A DNA stretch of 64,000 nt, from the NCBI RefSeq assembly GCF_947568905.1, contig NC_079167.1:17856001-17920000 (forward strand). Reading direction: 5' to 3'. Under the pieces are notes generated by a model, which was given only the letters and a program-made list of their open reading frames with translations, was not told the DNA's origin and ran no database searches. The position numbers and the translations under genes were made by a program. The stretch comes from Ostrea edulis. Lineage: Eukaryota. Below, piece after piece: positions 23,853-33,920 of the stretch; the first letter of the stretch is position 1; each line of letters opens with the position of its first letter.

Positions 23853-26800
23853 CTAATCAGAGTCATATGGATGAAGTATCTTAAAAACCATATTACGTTT
23901 TATATTTCTGATTGATTCTGGTGGAGGTTTTTTAACAGGCAATTGTTTCTTAGGTAAAGGTTTATTCTTCTTTGCTTGAGCTTTTTCTGCTAGAACATCC
24001 TCAATCTGATTCCTGCAAAAAGTTCATGAGGAAACCATTGAACACTGGTCTTCTTAAAAAATGCAAATTCTAAAAAAACCAACACCACCAAAAACTAGCA
24101 AAATTTATATTTTCAGTCACTCAAGTGTTGTGTTGTTTCAATAACTTGCATATGGAACTTCCCATTGACTTGCTGGCTTATAGAATATTTGTCTATACTA
24201 TTATTCATCCTACGATTGTTGCGATTTTCATCGTTCGTGTATTCAGAATTATCTTTTCCAGGGTAAATGCATGCATAGGCCTGGTCAACATGAGGATATA
24301 GATTATCACGATTTCTATAACGATTTTGAAAACCTTCACCGTTGACTCGAAACATGCACAGTTCACTCCTGCAATTAATGCAAAGTAGTATGTAAATTTC
24401 AATGGTTAGGCTTACTCTCGACTTTGTTTAAATTTCAACACACAATTAAACACTATGATATTCAAAAATTTTCAAATCAAACAATTATATATAAGAAAAA
24501 AAAAACAAAAAAAACCCCCTATTTTTCCTTACAATCATAATAGTGTTCAGTTTGAAAATTAACACTAAATTGTACAAATTTGAAGGTTTACTCTTATAAG
24601 CTGATGTATACAGACTTTGTATTTTCCAATTTTAATCTTTTAAGAATATTACATTGGAAAACTTTGAATTTCAGAATTAGCATATATAGTGAGAAGTGTT
24701 TTGATATGTTAAGTGCTACAGATACAGTGAATCTGAATATGAGGATACATTTCCCCTAGAACAAGAAAACTATTCAGCCATTTAAACCAAGGAGATGTTT
24801 ATAGTAAAGGACCAAACCAAAATGTTGTGAATTAACTATTAATCTATTACATGCAATTCCTACAGATTTAATATTTAAGCACCCATAGATATGCATTATC
24901 TAAAATATTGCACACAGGAAGGAACTGATAAACACCTGAACATGATAAATACTATATGCATATATAAATTTGGGCTTCAGAAACATGTTGGGAAAAGTTA
25001 AGGTATTATTTAGGGTATGACAGAATATCCAATTTTACTGTGTTGCTTGAAAATTGCAAGATGGATCATTTTAGAAATTACCTTAGACACCAGCAAGTCA
25101 TTATTAGGATTTGTGGGTGTAACTTTTACTCAAATACTAGGATTTGAGGGTGTAACTGTGTTCAATACTAGAATTTGTGGGTCAATCTGATTAAAATCAG
25201 ATCCTTGATCCGCTCCTCTTTCTTCATTTTTTTTTTCTTGTCGCTACACGAGGCGACAAGATGAAGAAAGAGGAGCGGATTGAGGATCTGATTTTAATCA
25301 GATTGATTTGTGGGTGTAACTGTGTTCAAATACTAGGATTTGTGGGTGTAACTGTGTTCAATATAGGATTTGTGGGTGTAACTGTGTTCAAATACTAGGA
25401 TTAGTGGGTGTATCTGTGTTCAAATACTAGGATTTGTGGGTGTAACTGTGTTCAAATACTAGAATTTGTGGGTGTTAGGATTTGTGGGTTTAACTTTCAC
25501 TCAAATACTAGGATTTGTGGGTGTAACTGCATGTGTTCAAATGCAAGGATTTGTGGGTGTAACTGTGTTTAAATACTAGGATTTGTGGGTGTTAAGGATT
25601 TGTGGTGTAACTTTCACCCAAATACTAGGATTTGTGGGTGTAACTGTGTTCAAATACTAGGATTTGTTGGTGTTAGAATTTATGGGTGTAACTTTCATTC
25701 AAAAACTAGGATTTGTGGGTGTAACTGTGTTCAAATACTAAGATTTGTGAGCATACTAGGTTCTGTGGGTGTAACTGTAGTAGTGTTAGATATATGGCCT
25801 TCCTATCAGATTTGGCTATAGGGTTAACCCTTTACATGTAGTTTGATCAGTAGATAACTAGACTCTTGTGCTAGAGGTCCCGAGTTTGATCCTCCGCAGA
25901 GACATAAAACAGTCTCTGTTACAATTGGCGCCCATGTTGGGACTTGTAATCTCTGGTGGGTGAGAGTGATTGCCCCCAAAACTTTGTCCTACAGGCGCTG
26001 GCACTCCAAGAAAGTTGGGATGCCTATATCTCTCTGAAGGAGCACAATGTAGTAGTGTTAGATACATGGCCTTCTTTAAATTACTAGCTCTGGCTAGAGG
26101 ATATAACCCTTTAGCTTGATCAGTAGAGCACTGGACTGTTGTGCCAGATGTCCTGGGTTCGATCCTCAGTAGGGACTGTACTTTCCTGTTACATTACTTA
26201 GTGTATTCAAATACATGTTGATAGATATTCAAAATATGAGTGTGTTATACATCAACAAAGGTGAAACATACAAAGTTATTGTGTATGTGTTGAAGCATAA
26301 AAGAACATTATATATGTTTATTAAGAAAGACACCCAGCACCATGTTAATTATATGTTCATTATCTAATTAAAGGAAAATTAGAATGAATTACTTATGTTG
26401 AAATTTCAACATACATTTTTGTAAATAACAGCTCCAGGGTACATAATTCTATAAATAGGATCAACATGCAAAGGGGGTTCACCCTCTTCCTTAAGCAATC
26501 TATAATTAAAGTTAGGGTCATGAACGACCTCCTGCAAAACCACACCCATCTCTCTATGCGGTTTTGGCGGCCGAGATCCACTGCATCTAAAAGGGCAGAA
26601 AGGCTTGCATTAAGACCACTGACACAAAGGAAACATGCATTTTTACTCATGTTGTCATAGGATTACCACATGAAATGAACATGCAAATAAAAAAAAAAAT
26701 AATATAATTATTTATTCATTGAAATGAAATAGATTCCTGAAATGCATTTAATCAGTGTGGTTTCTTTCCTATGTAGTGAAATATCACCGAATTCAATGCA

Positions 26801-28197
26801 TATTTTAACTGACAATACCTGAAATGCATATATATATATACATTTTTCATGCACTACTTTAGAGGTAAGTGAGATGGGTGACAAATGTGTTTATGTGTAG
26901 TAAATCATGCAGTCAATTACTTGCTGCTAGATGAAAAGGTTTTATTAAAAAGTTCGGACATTGAAATTCATATCAGCATAAGAATGGTTTTGTTATTTTT
27001 TTTGCAAATATTGTCGGACAATGATTTATGTTGTTTTTCGAAAGTGAATTGAGTGTTCTAACAATTCAAACAGGATAACATATGATGACAGGTCAAGCAC
27101 AATGAGAAAAAAGCTATACTACAGAAACCAATAGACACAGCAATGAATACATTGAAAATTGAGACATACATGATGATTTCCTACACTGTAAACAGTACTC
27201 ATCCATCAAAATACTAACATGAATACCATCAACATCAGGATCAGTTTGTCTTTTCCATAATATACTGTATCATGGTAAATAAGAGATATTAGTCTGGTAT
27301 ATGATAAGTATCAAACTGGATTTTCCAGTGATTCAATTATTTTAATTTACATGTAGTGTGCAAAAAGTGCTGTTAATTTTTGTCTTGGTTAATTGGTAGT
27401 ACTTCTATATTCAACCTCCTTCCCCCATTAATGGACATCATCCAAAAATAATTAAATAAAAGGTTTCAAAAATTCAAATTTTACCTGTTGGTGTCATAAT
27501 CGCCAGGACCACTGAACAATATTGGATTTTTGGCATTTGTTTGCTCAACATTCTCATAAGAGTCCTAACATAAAATAAGATGATTATTCACATATTAGAC
27601 TATGCACAACAGGTTTAATGTACAAAATTACAAATATTTTGGCACAAACACAATTAATTTAGAATAGAAATTGGCAAAGGCTCATTTAACAACACATCAT
27701 TAAATGTCTAATAATATAGGAGAACATCGCAGCATATAAGTTGCTGCATATTAACTTCAATTGATTATTAAAGTCTATAACTTAACCTTGTACCGTATAC
27801 ATTAGTTTCTGTGGAAACGAGGGGGTTATTTATATTCGGTCTTTCCTACCCCCCTAGAAAAGACCGAATATAAATAACCCCCTCGTTTCCACAGAAACTA
27901 CGTATACATCGTATTCATTATCTGTACGTAGATCAGATATCAAAATAATTTACAAATACGAACACAATCATATAAATCAATTATATGGCATTGCCCATCA
28001 TTACTTGTGTATTAATAAGTAGGGCCTGTTTTTTGTCACACACAAAAAAGTCGTTGTTAATTATGAACAGTTATTAGAAAAACCAAAAGATAGCAAACCT
28101 GGTTTCCACCATTTGTCATTTTATCAAGGGCGACTTTCTTCCTATCTATAACTCGCTGACGCCTCAGTGCTTCCATATGATATGCAGATTCTGCCAT
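23853..28197 (-). CDS. Uncharacterised small basic protein; core model complement(join(23853-24012,26529-26618,27485-27564,28099-28197)) = 142 aa, 3' structure uncertain
   Basis: AAAATGGCA start context and in-phase GT-AG exons give MAESAYHMEALRRQRVIDRKKVALDKMTNGGNQ/DSYENVEQTNAKNPILFSGPGDYDTNS/GLNASLSALLDAVDLGRQNRIERWVWFCRR/NQIEDVLAEKAQAKKNKPLPKKQLPVKKPPPESIRNIKRNMVFKILHPYDSD*. Extra candidate exons lie at 24174-24368 and 23006-23153. No family recognised. Confidence 0.7.
25105..25775. repeat. ~32-bp minisatellite (TACTAGGATTTGTGGGTGTAACTGTGTTCAAA), interrupted by two insertions
   Basis: Tandem units read directly. Confidence 0.9.
25183..25305. mobile_element. 123-bp foldback MITE with a 10-bp TSD (ATTTGTGGGT), or 8-bp if the TIR is taken one base wider
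   Basis: 45-bp arms with 2 mismatches plus an inner CTTGTCGC/GCGACAAG stem. The flanking duplication is at 25173-25182 and 25306-25315. Confidence 0.85.
25776..26193 (+). mobile_element. Complete TRIM with tRNA-like LTRs (Helenus-like): LTR 25776-25923, PBS 25926, internal 124 bp, LTR 26048-26193
   Basis: Both LTRs begin TGTAGTAGTGTTAGATA and end TGTTACA. The PBS TGGCGCCCATGTTGGG resembles the tRNA-Lys PBS TGGCGCCCAACGTGGGG. Each LTR has Pol III A/B boxes. The 4-bp TSD is TAAC/TTAC, and the purine-rich GAAGGAGCACAA precedes the 3' LTR. Confidence 0.85.
27803..27900. mobile_element. 98-bp foldback MITE with a 9-bp TSD (CGTATACAT)
   Basis: Perfect ~42-bp TIR TAGTTTCTGTGGAAACGAGGGGGTTATTTATATTCGGTCTTT; TSD at 27794-27802 and 27901-27909. 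Confidence 0.92.
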
Positions 28198-28697
28198 TTT
28201 CACAATATAAATATTGCCCTAACCTCCAAGTACCTTGCAGACGTAAATAACCTCAGAGCGTTCCGTTTCCAAGAGAAACACGCACGCGTTAAATACCGGA
28301 TGTAGTTCTTGATTGATATAAGCGATATAATTAAATGTAATTCACGAATTGAACTAAGTTTACTATGAATATCCCTATTTATTAAAGATCAATAGCAAAC
28401 CACTTTTTGTATATTTGTATCATCTTTACATATGATTTTTAAATGTTGCATTTTCAATCATCGATGATATAAGCCATTTTATATTTGGGGTTCAACGATT
28501 GTTCTGGAAAGGGAACCCCGGTTACTGCGCGGCAAAGGGTAAGTTGGACATCAATGCGCATTCTGTGCATGTGCTGAACAGAACAACTGAAAAGAAACTA
28601 TCATCTAATTGATAACAAATTTGACTGTAAATTATATCGATTCTAATGTATTTATAGTCATTTTGAATCCCCGATCCTTGATTCGAAGATAATTGAG
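28198..28697. promoter_or_regulatory. Probable bidirectional promoter between the orphan gene (-) and the non-coding first exon of G3BP (+, donor GAG|GTATGT at 28697/28698)
   Basis: Locally CpG-richer, with an ETS-like CCGGATGT and GCGCAT/GCATGTGC motifs. A strong donor at 28698 pairs with the acceptor at 33901, just upstream of the G3BP ATG. Transcription starts are inferred, not observed. Confidence 0.55.
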
Positions 28698-29953
28698 GTA
28701 TGTTTATTTTTTTTCAAGGAAAAATGGAGGTTACGAATTAACCTCGTGTGCCTTCCTTGTTGCAAAACGCAAAATAACTTGCCGGTTGTACTTTTATTTC
28801 TGTTGTGAAATATAAAAGTTCCACTTCGTGATTATTATAAAAATTATATAGTTGATTTTACATTGAATAGTCTGTCCCCCAGTTTCGTTTATTATGTATG
28901 ATTACGTGAGGACGCGTAGGGTTTTGTTTATTCATGTTTACTCCATTGGTACAGAGGTCTTTTTTGTGTGTATTCTATGTTTTATCTCTATATACTTATG
29001 AGATTCGGATAGGTGGCATGAATTCACCAATTTTATTGTGCGATTGATTGAATCGAGAAAAATTGTTTTGTGAGGTATGAATGTTATACGTTGGTTATAC
29101 TTGCTTGTATAAATCGTTCTTTCCATTTAATTTTTAAGTGTCTCCAAGGTAAGTTATAAAGGGGAGGGATTACTAATTTCATATAGTTGTTGGAATTGTC
29201 CAAGAATTGTTTGTTGTTGATAGAAATTTGTGAAATTAACACATAGGATGGTTTTATGAACATTCTGTAACAAAAAAGTGTGTACTACCAATAATCAAAA
29301 AATTAGAGTAAGTGAATGTTCTGGTTATCAATCAGAAGACATTTTCTAAACCATGTAAAAGTTTTGGTATTCGAAACTAGTAGGGGCTCTTCCATATGTT
29401 AACGAAAAGATACACCAAGTGAAACGCTACAAGTTTTTCTTCTCTACATCAGGATATTGATGTTCAGGTGCATGGCAGTGGCAGTTAAAATTTTAATTAG
29501 CAACAGTTTTATAATGTTAAGAAATGAGAAGGAATAAATACATCTAGCAGTCCAGAGGTTTATAGAATATTGCAATTGTCTGTTTCTCAGTAGTGTCATG
29601 CATATTCATTATTAGGTTGGAATTGAAAGATTCACATTGCACTAAGAAATATGTTAGGGGTGGGGTGTCCATAGATTGGTTAATTAATTTATTGGAAAGT
29701 TCAAAGTCAGTTACAACACTTTCTCAAAGATGCCCCTTCTTCCAAAGTCATAGATTTTGGTATAAATCCATAATATCTTATAGAATTAAAGCATTTGGGA
29801 AAAAGCACATGCACTTTAAAAATTACATTTAATTGATATTTGAAAGTACCCAGTAATTATTTAAAGAAATTGCAGTCATAACTCGTGATGCACAAAATCG
29901 GTTGAGTTCAAATACCATTATTTACTCAATTTTGACCATATTTTTAACCATGC

Positions 29954-30340
29954 CAGTCTATGCGAAAGTTTTTTTTGGTCCTGTGTAATCAATGAACACA
30001 CGGACCGGACCAAATTCTGTCAGACCAAAAAACCTAATGTAAAAAGTGAAACACGTGAAAATGCAAAACCAAGGAAATCTTATTTATTATACTTGGGATC
30101 CCTCCCGTAAAATACTTTAGACAGTCCATGCGGTTTTAATCACATTCATTTACATATTTGGATTTGTGTGCTATTTTTTCTTATAACAAATATTTAAATG
30201 ACTTCGCATCAAAATAGTAAAGTTCAAAACCGGACACTAAGACATCGGACATTTCGGTCCGATGTAAAAAAAAAAAAAAAAGATGCATCGGACCTCAGGC
30301 ACTGTACATCGGTCAGGTCCAATGTCTTTCGCATAGACTG
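29954..30340. mobile_element. Non-autonomous DNA transposon with 15-bp TIR CAGTCTATGCGAAAG and 6-bp TSD CCATGC
   Basis: TIRs and TSD (29948-29953 and 30341-30346) read directly. Confidence 0.85.
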
Positions 30341-30437
30341 CCATGCTGCTTTATATTCTGCAGTGGTGCATGAAGTTTTCTTGGATAACATGAGTAAACT
30401 GATGTTTTCAATAAATTAAATTTATTATAATTCTCTT

Positions 30438-30915
30438 TAGGACTGCAATGGGTACCCGAAATCCGCGGGTCGGGTTCGGTTCCATTTTCCCATATTTCGG
30501 TTCGGGTTTGGTTTTTAAAATAGAATCATTATGTTGCCAAAATCCTCAAAGGTGGCTGTATTTTGATCAATTGTTAAATGATGGCATTGTCGACAAAACT
30601 AAATAATGACAGTATATGTAAGATATGTCGGACGCATTGAAAATACGCCACAGGAGCAACATCGTCAATGACAAAACATTGAAAGCATGGGTGGAAACGA
30701 GTAGAAGTGACAATGCTCTTTCTAGTACCATGGATGTCGAGTCTAAACCTCAGTCCCCGAGTAATTATTGTGACTAAATACGTTATGAAGGTTTTTGATT
30801 TTAACTGTATATTAAATTCTTAAAATAGTTATATAGGCCTGAACCGAAATACCCGAACCCGAAGTAAACAAAATTTAGAACCGACCCGAAAATTTTTGGA
30901 ACCATGACAGCCCTA
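30438..30915 (+). mobile_element. hAT non-autonomous element with 8-bp TSD ATTCTCTT and a BED-finger relic
   Basis: TAGG(G/A)CTG termini, subterminal ACCCGAA repeats, TSD at 30430-30437 and 30916-30923. Internal decayed reading PKSSK(V)WLYFDQL...CKICRTH*KYATGATSSMTKH. Confidence 0.88.
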
Positions 30916-31553
30916 ATTCTCTTATATTTTTCCCAAAAAAAATAGAAATAATTTGTTCAATTGAATGCAACCTTTTCCGTGAAGAAAAAGATGCCAATAG
31001 AAGATGAAATTTTATAATTTTGCTGGAAAATCATTTTTATTGGAAAATTTTGAACTCAATATGTAGATTAGTGGGTTCGATGAAATGTTGGAACTCTGTA
31101 CTTTGAAGGAGAAAGTAAAGTCCTATTCTTAGAAAATTACACTTGCACAGTAAAAGAATCCTGAAAGTACTTTCATTAGACATGCATGGCATTGTACATC
31201 AAAATAGTATCAGTGATGTGTAGTAAATTAAGTTAACACATGATTTTAATATTAATAATTCATTTATAATGCTCATGCATACTATCAATGGATCTATAGA
31301 GAACTCATGTTTTTTCCAGGACAAGTAATGCTTTTCTCAAGTATAAATTTTTAGCAGACATTGTATACAACTTTCATGCAAAAGATTTTTTTTTAAAGTA
31401 TAATATATTGTTAACATATAGACTATTTTCAGCCTCGCTTGTTGAGATGCAGACCGAGTAAAATACTTTTTTAAAAGATGATTGATATAAGGCCACATTT
31501 CAGATATAAAATTTGTCATTGTCACAAATGAACAGAAGTAATGTAACTCCTTA

Positions 31554-31779
31554 GGCCAATTCAACTTAATTAATAGATTATCATCCCCGCCCGCCCCTCG
31601 AAAATTGACCCGCCCCAAAAAATTTTATTTTCCGCTCTCATTGCCCTTCGGGTCGTGAGAGGGCTTCGCCCTCTAATATTTTTCTCAGAAAATAAAAATT
31701 AAAAAATAAAGTCCTCCCAACCCGCCCCATACTTTTTGCTGACCCTGGATGATAATCTACTAATTAAGTTGAATTGGCC
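31554..31779. mobile_element. MITE with ~33-bp TIR (GGCCAATTCAACTTAATT...) flanked by TTA; PIF/Harbinger- or Kolobok-like
   Basis: TTA|GGCC...GGCC|TTA read directly. Confidence 0.82.
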
Positions 31780-33920
31780 TTATAATATAAGATCTCTTTT
31801 CTTTTTTTCACAAAGTACAAACTCGGTCAATTTGCAAACTCTATATAGCTATTGTGTACAAAATTCAATGACCTAAAACAAGAATTATCTTCCATTTTTG
31901 GAAAAATGGAATCAAATTTTATATACACAGCAATTACATTGTCCCTTGCATTTCTTCAGAAAATGTTATTCATAGTAGTTTGTTACATCTGTCTACCACA
32001 AGCTGATTAATTAGTTTCCCATTGTGATCAATGAGCAATATAGAATTGGAGGATTGTTTGTTTTGGTAATCCCCTCATTAAAATATTTTTTTTCACAGTT
32101 CCATTGTGATGCCATTATTTTGAAGACCAGTTGTTTAGGGTGAATTAGTTCTGACAGGTGTTGAGTACATTAAGTCATATAGCTAGCAGATATGTTTTGA
32201 GTATTCTTAAAATCACATGACTGGCAATATATAGCTCATGGGTTAAATAGGTGGATTATCATTTTTTATCTTGATGCCTTTGCAGTAAATTGCAATTTTT
32301 CTGAGAATTTGGGTAAGTTGAAAAAATTTTGTATACATCTTGTATAAGGCTGAAACTTACACCCCCTTCATGATGATATGAAGTAAATTTTGTGATATTT
32401 TAAGTGATAACTATACACAACTTTGAAGAACATATTTGATTGAACATCATTCAGGTTCTCAGCTCTGTGAGAATAATTGAATTGTCTAGTTTGTAGAATA
32501 TTATTCACATTTTCAAAATTATGATATCAATGAAATGGACAGTGATAGGTATATTGTAAGTTATCTGATCAAGATTTTCTTCTATAAGTTGTTACAGTTA
32601 TGATGTCTGATTCAATATAATCATATTTTTTGTTTTACTTTAATGTTGAGTTCTGGTATCACTTTCTGTGTTGCATTGTGTGTTTTACTTGACGTCTCGT
32701 ACTTGGGTTCTGAAGTTTTAATTAAATTTTCAATCCAAAAATTTTTCTTCCCCATCCCCATAAAAAATGGGAGGATATGAACACACTATATCGCCATGGT
32801 GACATCATGGCATTTGTGCAAGCACCATGGGAACTTTGTATTAGCACTTTTAAAATTATGCAGCTGTAATTGACCAGTATGTGGGTGTTGTTATTAGTTG
32901 TTGAGGATGAGTAAGACTGGGAAATTTTACTTTGAAGTTCACAGCATTGTCAATATACAATATGGTGTGTTTTAAAGGTGTTGCCATGCTTATGGTATTT
33001 CCAGCTTTGTTGCTTATGTCACGTTAGTAATTTATCTATCACAGACAGTAACATATTTAAAAACGAAATACTTTCACGTCGCTGGATGGTAACATTCTGA
33101 TGGGTTCTGTAGCTGTGGTCCATTAGTGTTTCTGGTTTCCTGGCCCAACCTACAGTTTTGCTGTCAACTCTAGATATTTTATTGACAGTATATCGATATA
33201 AAAATCTGCAATTTTCAAACGGGAATTTTTTTTTTTTATGCGTTGAGTTTCTCTGATTTACATTTTGACTGCGATGGATCTTCACAGTATTTGCAATTTA
33301 TATAGACGTGTATTCAAAACTAAGAAGATTTCGAACAAAATGTTTTACCTACCTACCCTACCTAATTTTTTGAGTGAAATAGGACACGTTTTATCTTGGC
33401 CTTATTGTTTGTGCTGCTATATGTAAAAATGTTATCTACAAGGAATCAGATGTATTCAACAAACCCAGTTTTAAAAAGGACCATGAACCAAACATTGAAT
33501 TGAGCTTAAATTGTATTGAACATCATTTTGGAGAATTGTTTCAACCCTGTTTTGAAATACTCTTAATCCATTAAATTTTTCTTGGATATCAAGCTTTAAC
33601 TTTTACTATATATGTTACAAGCAAAGTGCAAGTTGAGATTTTCAATTTTCAACTGGAAAAGAATGGAACTCAAGGAGCTAGTATGGACAATTCTCTGAAT
33701 CTGATCATTTATTGATTACTTTCTACTTATGTTTGCCGATTACTTTTGAGTTGGGTTTTTTATTTTGAGAGTTTAAGGGAGAGTTTCTAGCATGTACCTT
33801 TTAGATGTACCTTCCTCAACACTTGCACACTGAACACTATATTCAAAAAACAACTTTGTTTATTGACTAGTTATTAAGCACTATGTTTGACTTTCTTTCA
33901 GATTACTTAAGAACAAAGTC

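Noticed and set aside
26466-26660. Possible structured ncRNA (11-bp stem with G-U pairs, CCCTAAC telomerase-template-like motif)
   Set aside because: Better explained as a 90-bp in-phase coding exon (26529-26618) with a good acceptor; no pseudoknot or H/ACA layout was found.
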